This document shows positions 33,910-46,152 of a DNA stretch of 64,000 nt, piece after piece. Location: assembly GCA_965645245.1 (NCBI GenBank), contig OZ287067.1, positions 1,922,001 through 1,986,000 on the forward strand. Direction: 5' to 3'. The position numbers were made by a program, and so were the translations under genes. The stretch is from Massalongia carnosa. Lineage: Eukaryota. The notes beneath the pieces were generated by a model. That model was not told where the DNA came from. It searched no databases and saw nothing but the letters and a program-made list of their open reading frames with translations. Every line of letters starts with the position of its first letter. Within the stretch, counting starts at the first letter, position 1.

Positions 33910-34495
33910 GAGGCTATTCAAGAAGCTATCTGGTAGCTATTTGGGAAACTATTTGGGAGACTATTTGAAAGGCTATTTGAAAAGCAGCAGAGATTATCTG
34001 GGAGACTATTTGGAAGGCTAATTGGAAAGTTATTTAGGAGGCTATATGGGAGATTATTTGATAGCTATCTGGGAGGCTATTTGAAGAGTTATTTGAAAAG
34101 CAGCGCAGAATATCTGGAAGGCTATTTGGGAGACTATTTGAAAGCGGTGAAGACTATCTGGGAGGCTATTTGGGAGGCTTTATGCGAGGCGATTTGAAAG
34201 GCTATTTGGGAGGCTATTTGAGATGCTATCTGAAAAGCAGCGGAGACTATTTGGGAGGCTATTTGGTAGCTATTTAGGGGAATATTTGGGAGGCTATTTA
34301 GGAGATATTTAAGAGATACTTGGGAGATAATTAAAGGCTATTTGGGAGGCTATTTGAGAGGCTATTTAAGAGGCTTTTTGGGAGGCTTTCTGGGAGACTA
34401 TCTGAAAAGCAGCGGAGACTATTTGAAAGGCTATTTAGGGACTAGATGAGGGGCCTTATAAAAATCAGCGGAGGCTATCTGGGAGACTATTTGGA
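33910..34495 (+). repeat. Degenerate ~12-bp minisatellite (GGCTATTTGGGA)
   Basis: Same family as 24665-25012. Confidence 0.9.
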
Positions 34496-34704
34496 AGATG
34501 CTTTGACAGATGCTTTGGCGGGTGCCAAGGAGGAGATGGCGCAGGGCCGTTGCGGAGCGAAGCGGAGCAGGTCCGGAGCAGAAATCCGAGATATTTTGAG
34601 ATTCGCATGAAAAAATAGCAAGCCAAATAGTAAGTAAATGAAAAGTAGTAGTAAATTAGATTTTTTCATTCGAAACATCTCAGGTCTGAGATGGCACTTT
34701 CTCG

Positions 34705-37700
34705 TCTATATTGTACTGAAGTAGTTCCCCTGCTACTTTGGGCAATACTACCTTATTCGGTTAGATTGAACCCGAAAAAGGGAACGCGGCTTGCGGAACA
34801 GTACTGAATTATCAAATAATGCGGGGAGGACCTCCCTGCGGACAGGACCAAAAATTCCCCTCTTGCCTCGACCGTACCGGACCGTTTCACTTCGTCAAAC
34901 TTCGGAGATCAACTGATCCTGTTGATATCAGTCCGTATCGCGAAAACTACGTTCTTTTACGTTCGTTGTGGGCCGCGAGAGGTGGTCGTTGTTCGCGTTT
35001 TTCATGTTTTGATGTTCCGGAAAACCACGCTAAATCCGTCCGTTCAATGAACCTGCGAAAACCCTCGATTCGGTTTAACGTAGTCTTAATTATGTTTAGC
35101 ATTAACGATTATCTGATCTCTTCGCAACAACAGCAACGACTACCGCTATATCTTTGCAGCCTAGCTCTTCTCCTCGAGAAATCGTTTCTCGACTTCCTAT
35201 TCCGTTACGACAATGGTGTTCTCTCCGTAGACCGCATAATAAAGTGAATTCTCCGGAAAATCCTCCCGCAAAACGCGTTCGTCTAATCTTACGACCACCG
35301 AAAACGTTCTGTTAGTCTTTTCCTGCGTCCGCCTGCTCCTCCAAGAAGTTCGATTGTATCTCCTGTCACTCTTCCATCTTTGCAGAGTTCGCCTAACAGT
35401 TCAATAACGAATTCCGTTTCTCCCGTATCGTCGGCTTTCCACTCGCCAAGCCCGCCAAATCGAAATGATTTGCAGTTGGAAAATCCGAACATTTGGGAAG
35501 AAATGCTGCTCAACGAAGCAGAAGCGGGTCAGTACAATCACAACCGAGCTCGCGGTTTCGTAAGGTCGAGTTTCGGACATATTTCTCCATCCATTGCGAG
35601 TTCCAGACCTGTTTCTCCACCTGTTAATCATCGTGAGTCACGAGGAAATCGTCGAACACGTCGTCGCGACCGTACTGTTGAAGCCCGTGACCATGCGGCT
35701 GCAATCGTAACTTTCCTGCTGCATTTAAAAGTCAGTACACTTTAGAATCCGCGATACAACGAATTCAACACATAACAGATCATTGCAGAAACTGCGGTGC
35801 GTGGCATTGGGAAACGGAAGCTGTTCAGAGTGACAGAAGACGAGATCGAGTATACAAATCCTGTTGCAAGCGAGGTGGTGTCGTGTTGCCACCGTTTCAG
35901 CCTCCTCCTGATTATTTACGGCAACTGTTAATTGGTGACGATATTAGAACCCGCACATTTCGCAAAAACCTCCGAAAATATAATTCCACGTTGACGTTCA
36001 CCTCCGTAAACTACAAACCCGATCGCCGACTTCCTCGCAACGGTCGTGGACCGGTATGTTTTCAAAATCACGGAGAACTGTATCACCTGCAAGGTCCTTT
36101 GGATCCCGTTGACGATTCTCCTCGCTTTGCTCAACTGTTTTTTACGATCCCGACGAAGCAACCGCGATTCGTACTCGACAACATACAGAATTGGATCCCG
36201 ATATTTTACGACGTTTAACAGAGATGTTGCACAATATGAATCCCTTTATCAGGCTTTACAAAACCGCCAGCGAGGCTTTGCGGGAGAATGCGGTCACAAC
36301 CGATGATCGTCGTGTTACGGATCCTACGGCCTTATGGAATCGATACGCAAATGATATATATGACGATTTACCGCATCGATTACGATCAATGACTGATGTT
36401 CCTGACGATTTAATGAGTCCGCATTTAGATTACGGCCTTTATTTGTTAAACGGAGGTCTTTCGGATTTAGGAAAACGATTAGAGGATTAGAATATGCCGC
36501 TGTTTACATACGATTGGGGTCGGAGTACTGGAAATCCGTTGATCGCAAATGAAATTATGACGAAGCGAGAAGTGAATAGATTTCTACCATTGCGCCACCT
36601 GTCCTCCCGACCAAAAGGCACAATACTTAGTCTGCAGACCAAGCTCTATTCTACTATAACTGGGACTCCTGCTTTGTTCGCTGTAGGTCCTGCCGTCCGC
36701 ACCACGCATGGTCGAACCGTTACAGAAATGACTTACGATTTCAACGAAGAAACGACGTTACGAAATGAACGATATACTCAATTGAATGCGGATCAGAAAT
36801 ACTGTTTTGATACCATTGTTGCGGGAGTTAGAGATTATCCTAGAATGGCGCATTTTTTTGTTCACGGACCTGCAGGAACAGGTAAGACTTTTTTATATTA
36901 GACTCTTTGCAATGATATTCGGGCGGAGAATAAAATCATTCTTTGCGTTGCGTCTCCCGGCATTGCGGCTTCACTTCTTCCTAGCGGACAGACTTCACAT
37001 TCCGGGTTGAAAATTCCTTTGATTTTAAATGAGGACAGCATGTGTAATATCACCCGCAACACGCATTTACACTGTCTTTTGCAACGCACAGCCTTAATTA
37101 TTGGGGATGAGGTGCCGATGTAACACAAACAATGCTTCATGGCCGTACATCGCACTTTTACGGACCTTTTAGGTAATGACGACCTTTCGGAGTTATTCCG
37201 ATGGTGTTAGGCGGAGATTTCGCTCAAATCTTGCCCGTTGTTCCCCGTGGAAATCGGGAAGCCATCGTTGCGGCGAACATTCAAAACACCTTCTGTGGCC
37301 GCGATTTCAAAAACTGTTTTTGCGTCAAATCATGCGAATTCGTAACGAAGTCGCCAATGAGGCGTTTGCGGACTGGATCGGGAAAATGTCTTATGATCCT
37401 GCTTTTTCCGGTCGTGTTCAGCTACCGGAACAAGTCAATCAACTGAACAACTTAGACAGTTTCGTGGACACCGTTTTTCCTTCCGATCGCATGCGGCAAG
37501 TTCATCTGGATGCGGATTCTTTCGCAAGTCGAGCAATTTTGACTTTGCGGAACGATATCGTCGCAGAGTTAAACGGTGCAGTACTGAATAAATTGCAGGG
37601 CGGTTCGCACACCTTGAACTCCGTTGCTCAAATAGAGAACGATACGGCGCAGGAACGAGGAGACTTTCTTCCTCCCGAGTTTTTACAACCCTTGCAAACA

Positions 37701-38512
37701 TCGTCTATACAACCTTCACAATTGCAACTGAAACTTGGAGCCCGAATCATTTTTTTGCGGAATTTGTATCCCAAACTTGGTCTCTGTAACGGCACCCGAT
37801 TACGTCTTACTCACATTTCGCGGACCTGTCTAGAGGGAAAGATTTTGGGATAAGAATTCAACGGTGAAACGCGATTAATTCCCCGGATTCTTCTTAATAC
37901 CACGGAAGGCGAGTTGCCCTGGATCATAAGTCGCAAATAATTTCCGATACGATTGTGCTTTGCTATGACTGTCAACAAGTCGCAAGGTCAATCATTGGAC
38001 ACGATAGGAGTCGATTTGCGAGCTCCTCCTTTTACTCATGGTCAGTTATATGTGGCATTATCTCGAGTTATGGATGTGTCTCGATTGTGTATGTTGTTTC
38101 CGGAACGAAATGACTGGAAAACGGATAACATTGTATATCCGGAAGTAATTCTGCGATCGCAACATGACATGATAACTCATGTTCCTCCGAATCCTGCTGT
38201 AAGTTTATGATGATATAGGGTATCATGTCACTTAGAAAATGTATTCAATTGCAAAATAGACAGCAAGTTTATTGTGTTATCAAAAATTTATCGTCCGGGT
38301 CATCAAGTGTGACATTTTCCGCTAATTTCGCAAGTCGTAAGTTTTAGAAAATTTAAGAAAAGTTTTCAATTTTTCGATTTCAATCCTGAAATTAAATAGA
38401 TAATTTTTTTATTGCATACGTGGTTTTAAATTTACAACCTTTTACGAATTGCATCGATCGTAAAAACTTGAAACCGGTTCCAAAATCTCAGTTCTGAGAT
38501 GGCACGGTCTCG
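34705..38512 (+). mobile_element. Helitron unit U3: RepHel deletion derivative (N-terminal region plus Pif1 helicase pseudogene)
   Basis: CxxCGAWHW...CCKRG, RKYNS.L.FTS, GELYHLQGPL, PRFAQL. Pif1 motifs GPAGTGKT, DE.PM, GGDFAQILPV, LRN....[17 protein letters not shown] and [10 protein letters not shown]. 5' TC; 3' hairpin plus CTCG. Confidence 0.9.
36556..36724. mobile_element. 169-bp solo LTR (family X, copy 4)
   Basis: TSD GAAAT (36551-36555 and 36725-36729). Confidence 0.9.
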
Positions 38513-40271
38513 TCTATATAGTACTGAAGTAGTAATAATGCGGAGAGGACGTCGTGCGGATAGGACCAAAAATTCTCCTCTTGCCTCCACCGTATTACAT
38601 CGTTTTACTTCGGAAAACTTGGTAAATCAACTGATCCTATTGATATCAGTCCGTATCGCGAAAACTACGTTCTTTTACGTTCGTTGTGGGCCGCGAGAGG
38701 TGGTCGTTGTTCGCGTTTTTCATGTTTTGATGTTCCGGAAAACCACGCTAAATCCGTCCGTTCAATGAACCTGCGAAAACCCTCGATTCGGTTTAACGTA
38801 GTCTTAATTAGGTTTAGCATTTACAATTATCTGATCTCTTCGCAACAACAGCAACGACTACCGCTATGTCTTTGCGCCTAGCTCTTCTCCGCGAGAAATC
38901 GTTTCTCGACTTCCCATTCCGTTACGACAATCGTGTTCTCTCCATAGTCCGCATAATGAAGTGAATTCTCCGGAAAATCCTCCCGCAAAACGCGTTCGTC
39001 TTATCTTACGACCACCGAAACGTTCTGTTCCTCTTTTCCTGCGTCCGCCTGCTCCAAGAAGTTCGATTGTATCTCCTGTCACTTCTCCGTCTTTGAGAGT
39101 TCGCCTGACAGTTCAATGACGAATTCCATTTCTTCCGTATCGTCGGCTTTCCACTCGCCAAGCCCGCCAAATCGAAATGATTTGAAGTTGGAAAATCCGA
39201 ACATTTGGGAAGAAATGCTGCTCAACGAAGCAGAAGCGGGTCAGAACCATCACAACCGAGCTCGCGGTTCCGTAAGGTCGAGTTTCGGACGTATTTCTCC
39301 ATCCGTTGTGAGTTCCAGACCTGTTTCTCCACCTGTTAATAATCGTGAGTCACGAGGAAATCGTCGAACACGTCGTCGCGAGCGTACTGTTGCAGCCCGT
39401 GACCATGCGGCTGCAATTCGTGACTTTCCTGCCGCATTCAAAAGTCAGTACACTTTGGAATTCGCGATACAACGAATTCAAAACATAACAGATCATTGCA
39501 GACACTGCGGTGCGTGGCATTGAGAAACGGAAGCTGTTCAGAGTGAAAGAAGACGAGATCGAGTATACGAATCCTGTTGCAAGTGAGGTGATTTCGTGTT
39601 GCCACCGTTTCAGCCTCCTCCTGCTTATTTACGGCAATTGTTAATTGGTGACGATGTTAGAACCCGCACATTTCGCAAAAACCTCCGAAAATTTAATTCC
39701 GCGTTGACGTTCACCTCCGTGAGCTACAAACCCGATCGCCGACTTCCTCGCAACGGTCGTGGACCAGTGTGTTTTCAAATTCACGGAGAATTGTATCACC
39801 TGCAAGGTCCTTTGCATCCCGTTGACGATTCTCCTCGCTTTGCTCAACTGTTTTTTTACGATCCCGACGAAGCAACCGCGATTCGTACTCGACAACATAC
39901 AGAATTATATCCCGACGTTGTACGACGTTTAACAGAGATGTTGCACAATATGAATCCCTTTATCAGGCTTTACAAAACCGCCAGCGAGGCTTTGCGGGAG
40001 AATGCGGCCAAAACCGATGATCGTCGTGTGTTACGGATCCTACGGCCTTATGGAATCGATACGCAAATGATATATGTGACGATTTACCGCATCGATTACG
40101 ATCAATGACTGATGTTCCTGACGATTTAATAAGTCCGCATTTAGATTACGGCCTTTATTTGTTAAACGGAGTTCTTTCGGATTTAGGAAAACGATTAGAG
40201 GATTAGAATATGCCGCTGTTTACATACGATTGGGGTCGGAGTACTGGAAATCCGTTGATCGCAAATGAAAT

Positions 40272-40440
40272 TATGACGAAGCGAGAAGTGAATAGATTTC
40301 TACCATTGCGCCACCCGTCCTCCCGACCAAAATGCACAATACTTAGTCCGCAGACCAAGCTCTATTCTACTATAACTGGGACTCCTGCTATGTTTGCTGT
40401 AGGTCCTGCCGTCCGCACCACGCATGGTCGAACCGTTACA
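40272..40440. mobile_element. 169-bp solo LTR (family X, copy 5; duplicated along with the Helitron)
   Basis: Same site and TSD GAAAT as copy 4. Confidence 0.9.
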
Positions 40441-41834
40441 GAAATAACTTACGATTTCAACGAAGAAACAACGTTACGAAATGAACGATATACTCAATTG
40501 AATGCGGATCAGAAATACTGTTTTGATACCATTCTTGCGGGAGTTAGAGATTATCCTAGAACGGCGCATTTTTTTGTTCACGGACCTGCAGGAACAGGTA
40601 AGACTTTTTTATATAAGACTCTTTGCAATCATTTTCGGGCGGAGAATAAAATCGTTCTTTGCGTTGCGTCTTCCGGCACTGCGGCTTTACTTCTTCCTGG
40701 CGGACAGACTTCACATTCCCGTTTTAAATTTCCTTTGATTTTAAATGAGGACAGCATGTGCGCATTTACACGGTCTTTTGCAACGCACAGCATTAATCAT
40801 TTGGGATGAGGTGCCAATGCAACACAAACAATGCTTCATGGCCGTACATCGCACTTTTACGGACCTTTTAGGCAATGACGATCTTTTCGGAGGTATTCCG
40901 ATGGTGTTAGGCGGAGATTTCGCTCAAATATTGCCCGTTGTTCCCCGTGGAAATCGGGAAGCCATCGTTGCGGCGAACATTCAAAACACCTTTCTGTGGC
41001 CGCGATTTCAAAAACTGTTTTTGCGTCAAAACATGCGAATTCGTAACGAAGTCGCCAATGAGGCGTTTGCGGACTGGATCGGGAAAATGTCTTATGATCC
41101 TGCTTTTTACGGTCGTGTTCAGCTACCGGAACAAGTCAATCAATTGAACAACTTAGACAGTTTCGTGGACACCGTTTTTCCTTCGGATCGCATGCGGCAA
41201 GCTCATCTGGATGCGGATTCTTTCGCAAGTCGAGCAATTTTGACTTTGCGAAACGATATCGTCGCGGAGTTAAACGGTGCAGTACTGAATAAATTGCAGG
41301 GCGATTCGCACAACTTGAACTCCGTTGATCAAATAGAGAACGATACGGCGCATGAACGAGGAGACTTTCTTCCTCCCGAGTTTTTACAACCCTTGCAAAC
41401 ATCGTCTTTACCACCTTCACAATTGTAACTGAAACTTGGAGCTCCAATCATTTTGTTGCGGAATTTGTATCCCAAACTTGGTCTCTGTAACGGCACCCGA
41501 TTACGTCTTACTCACATTTCGCGGACCTGTCTAGAGGGAAAGATTTTGGGAGGAGAATTCAACGGTGAAACGCGATTAATTCCCCGGATTCTTCTTAATA
41601 CCACGGAAGACGAGTTGCCCTGGATCATAAGTCGCAAACAATTTCCCATACGATTGTGCTTTGCTATGACTGTCAACAAGTCGCAAGGTCAATCATTGGA
41701 CACGGTAGGAGTCGATTTGCGAGCTCCTCCTTTTACTCATGGTCAGTTATATGTGGCATTATCTCGAGTTACGGATGTGTCTCGATTGTGTGTTGTTTCC
41801 GGAACGAAATGACGGGAAAACGGATAACATTGTA

Positions 41835-44312
41835 ATCGTCGGCTAGTCGCTCGCTTAATCCTCTCCCTCCAAGAAGCATTCGCTTCTAGTCGGGGAAAGC
41901 AAACTTCGTAGGAAAGCGAAGCTTCGTAGGCTCGCAACATTAAACTACCACCACATCACTAAAGCACCACCGCATCATTTAAATTACTATCACATTTAAT
42001 ATTACATTATTATATTATTATCACATCATAAATCATTGCTATCTCTATCTACAATGGATTATGTATCCTTACAAACACGTATTAGTGATGCTAAAACATT
42101 CTTGTTGGAAAATCCTGACGAACGAACTGCATGCGCAGCTCAGATATTCAAAATTCGGCCTACAACGTTGTACAGCTCTATTGCGACTGATAAGAAATCT
42201 TCTTTTTCTGATATGAAATCTTCTTCTAACAAGAAATCTTCTTCCAGTGCAAAAAGTGCAAGAGGTGGACAAAACAAGATACTTGAGGAGCATCAAGTAA
42301 AAGCGATTCATCACTTTATTCGATCCTTACTTGCACAAGGTATTCAACCATCGTACGGAGTTGTATTCAATGCAATTGTCAGTTTAAAACGCGGGCAAAA
42401 TCCTGAGTCGAGTGGACCTACTTTACGCTGGTTCAGAACATGGTGGAAAAAGAATAACCTACACAAGATCAAGACTAAGCCATTAGCAATGATACGATTC
42501 ACCGCTGCACAAGAGAAGGATATACAAGCATGGTTTGTAGATTATAGACAAGCTTTAAAGACGTTACAGATCAAAACAAAGAAGAATATTGTCAATTTCG
42601 ATGAGGCAGGCTTTCGTGTTGGGTGTATGAAAGGGCATCAAATTCTGGCACCCACAGACGTATTAGAAGTTAGATTCTATATTCTTATTCATTTATTCAG
42701 CAAGTTAAATATATTTTTTAGTTCTATGCGATAAGTCCTGAAAATCGTAAATCTCTCACGATATTTGAATGCATCAATGCAGCGGGCGACTACCCTCCAC
42801 CACCTTTAATTCTTATACAAGGACATGAAATCATGATGGACTGGTTTTCAAAAGAGCTGCCAAAGGGAACTCGAATTATACCTTCAGAAAACGGATTTAC
42901 CTCTGACAAGATAGCACAGGTGTTTCTTCAGCATTATATTGATCATTCAGACTCTGGACCAGAAGCAGACTGGAAAATAATGCTCATGGATAATCATGGC
43001 AGTCATTGTACTCCTGAGTTCATAGCTCTTGCTAATATAAATCACATTCGTCCTTATCCGCTTATACCGCATCTTACACACTGTATGCAGCCGCTTGATG
43101 TTGGAGTATTTCAACCTTATAAACACTGGCATGATATGGCAATTCAAGATGCTCTACTGGAATTCAATGATGAGTATACATTACAGCGATTTCTTGCGGA
43201 TCTTAGTAAGATACGTGATAATACTTTCAAGAAATATACTATTCGAAGTGCTTTTGAGAAATCAGGAATGTGGCCTGTTAATGCTAAAAACTGCATCTGA
43301 TTGCTTAAAACTTTCAAGCCGCCTGATGCTCAAGAAAAGCTACACAATAAAGAAAAAGAGCCTACTCTTCCAATCTTGCCTCATATTCAGCCAACATCCT
43401 CAATGGATATTGAAATAGGACTTCAAACATGGCAGAAGAAAATTCAACAAGGAATGTTGTGGAGTGATCCGGCTCGCTCAGAGCAATTTGAGTCGTTTGT
43501 TAATGATACAAAAACCGTTTGTACACAAGCTACGTTTAATGATATTCAATTATCTATATATCAGAAAAGAAGAGAAGATGACTTAAAACAGAAACCTACC
43601 TCTCGTAAGCGATTACGAACCTTAGGTTCAGGATTAGGGCTTACTAAAGAGAATGCTGAGGAGATGATTGCAGCAAAGGAAAAACAAGCTAAAGAAACAG
43701 AAGCAAAGAAGCAGCATCAGACATGGATGAAGATTTAGCGTATGGAAAGAGACGCCAAATATGCCGAAGGAGTGATTGCTCGAAAGCAAGAAAGAAATCA
43801 TTTACGACAAATTAAAGAGCTTTCAAAACAAGATCTTGCTATTTCCTCCGAGCATCTTATTCCTATTCCCGATCCCGAAGCAATTTGGAAGGCAACAGAT
43901 GTTACTTGGCAAGAAGAAGAGAGAAAGAAAGCGAAAAAGACTAAATCTCAAGTATATAATGAATATGAAGATGAAGATGAGGCGGAGACAACATTCATCA
44001 CAGATGTTACAGGTGATTCTTCTTTGCAAAGAGATTTTCTGCCGTTTGATGAAGACGATACTGATGGAGGCAACGAGTCTGACAATGATGTACAAGAACA
44101 ATTAGGATATTACTAGGTTTCAGCTCTTTATTAAAGCGGCAATAGTAATTTAACGATATGATAATAAATAATAAGGTGATAGTAAATGTAATAGTAATTT
44201 AAATGATGTGGTGGTGCTTTAGTGATGTGGTGGTGGTTTAACGTTGCGAGCCTACGAAGCTTCGCTTTCCTACGAAGTTTGCTTTCCCCGACTCGAGCGA
44301 CTAGCCGACGAT
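41835..44312 (+). mobile_element. pogo/Fot1-like transposon with long TIRs
   Basis: TIR ATCGTCGGCTAGTCGCTCG...AGTCGGGGAAAGCAAACTTCGTAGG... at both ends with TA duplication. The empty site is visible in U3 (TTGTATATCC, ~38131). Confidence 0.94.
42054..44116 (+). pseudogene. pogo transposase with one intron and two nonsense codons
   Basis: NFDEAGF, intron ~42670-42721, LMDNHGSH and HCMQPLDVG; stops at 43298 and 43736 in an otherwise continuous frame. Confidence 0.9.
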
Positions 44313-44829
44313 TATATCTGTAACTAATTCTGCGATCGCAACATGACATGATAACTCATGTTCCTCCGAATCCTGCTGTAAGTTTATGATGATATACGGT
44401 ATCATGTCACTTAGAAATTGTATTCAATTGCAAAATAGACAGCAAGTTTATTGTGCTATCAAAATTTATCGTCCGGGTAATCAAGTGTGACATTTTCCGC
44501 TAATTTCGCAAGTATCGTAAGTTTTAGAAAATTTAAGAAAAGTTTTCAATTTTTCGATTTCAATGCTGCGAATATTAAATTAAATAGATAATATTGTATT
44601 GCATACGTGGTTTTAAATTTACAACCTTTTACGAATTGTATCGATCGTAAAAACTTGAAACCGGTTCCAAAATCTCGTTCTGAGATGGAACGGTCTCGAA
44701 TTAAGGTACGGAGGCACAGGATAAAGGGTGACGATAACCGAAGAGGACTTATAGTTGGTTTCATCAATATAACGAAGAATTTGTAATTCAATTGTCACTA
44801 GCAACGATGACTTTTACATACTCTATCTG

Positions 44830-46152
44830 ATGACAGAGTGTCTTGCAATGGAAGCGAATGTTCCTCTTCAATTCGGGTTATCTCATCAAGTTGAACATGG
44901 CTTCAAAAAGTTTGACCATGGGGCGACTGATGTTGTGCTTGCGGTTGCTTATAATTCATCGGGCTCACGAATCGCTCTTGGGTCGGCAGATCACAGGATC
45001 AGGGTTTATGATGTCCAACGAGACGGCGCGGCAACATTGATCGATCAGTGGCGAGGTCATGACGCCGAAGTCTTGGATGCAAGTCTCCCTGATTTACCGT
45101 GCTTGGCTGTGCTGAGACTTGGGATTTCCAGATCAAATGGATTGGATCAACATTGGGGCAGTTGTTTGGCACGATTGGAGGTGATAATAAATTTAAGCTG
45201 TGGCGCGAAGATCCCTCTCAAGCACCCAGAGGAGGCCGCCGTTTCAGGTGCATATTCTCTCAATCGCCAAGTAATCACGTTGCCTACGTTTCTTTTGATT
45301 TCAAGACTGTCAAAAATGAGGTCTGGCTTGTGTTAATTACGCGTGATGGTCTATTTACTCTTCTTGAACCATCCGAATCCGAAGCTCTGAGCGTATGGAA
45401 GGAACTTGACACTATTTATCCGTTTGGCCAGCATTCTCGGGGTACAGAACCGAAGTTCACGACATCTTTTCATCAGGCTGAACAACCCTGTTACAATGCT
45501 GTCATGGCAGGCCTCGATCCCAAAGCCCTCTCACTGGCTGTTTCTGCCATGAATCTTATCAAAATTTTCCGGGCCATCAAGCCAGAAGACGGCCAGTATC
45601 GATTACATGAGGTGGCTAAGTTAGTCACCGATGCTCCCCTCATAAATGATATATCGTGGGCACCCGGATGCATCCGACCTTATGATCTGATCGCCGCGGC
45701 ATGTGATGATGGATCTATACGAATCTTTGAGGTGAATACGCCCCATGGCGGTGACATGTCAATTGTTTCAATATTAAAATCCCCAATTCCATCCGGTGCT
45801 TTTATACGGGAACCTGCAAAAAACCCTCGAAATGCTCCTTCAGGGATTGGAGCTGGCCTCGCTGATGTTAATCGCGCCGCCGCCGCAGCTCGCCATACCG
45901 CAGTCATCGCAAATATTAAACATGAATGGAAGGAGATTGCAGTTCTTCCTCATGATGATAGTTCAGCGGTCTGCAAGGTGAGGTGGTTACATGACGGTTA
46001 GTTGAATTATTTCTCTACCGCCTACGAAGGGGCTGAAGATTATCCATCTAGGCAGCGCGTTGGCTTCGTCGGGTGATAGCGGGAAATTACACCTTTGGAA
46101 GCAGAATTTGGCCGGAAAATTTAGTGCCTTTGCCGAGACTGGGCCAGGCTGA
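44830..46152 (+). CDS. SEH1: Nucleoporin/SEACAT WD40 protein Seh1
   Basis: HG..D.V.AVAYN..G.R, DQWRGHDAEV, G.IGGD.KFKLWREDP, and SWAPGCIRPYDLIA. Introns at 45079-45131 (GC-AG) and 45997-46051. The start could be 44848. Confidence 0.88.

Larger units (their letters stand above)
32661..34704 (+). mobile_element. Non-autonomous Helitron unit U2 (2.04 kb)
   Basis: 5' TCTATATTGTACTGAAG; 3' palindrome plus CTCG shared with the RepHel-bearing units. Confidence 0.75.
38513..44698 (+). mobile_element. Helitron unit U4: diverged duplicate of U3, with a pogo insertion near its 3' end
   Basis: Colinear with U3, including the same solo LTR and the same Rep deletion. 5' TCTATATAG; 3' ...TCTGAGATGGAACGGTCTCG. 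Confidence 0.9.

Noticed and set aside
34540..34580. GCGAAGC-containing hairpin as an alternative Helitron 3' end (also at ~32500)
   Set aside because: Not followed by CTRR, and homology between units continues to the shared CTCG junction.
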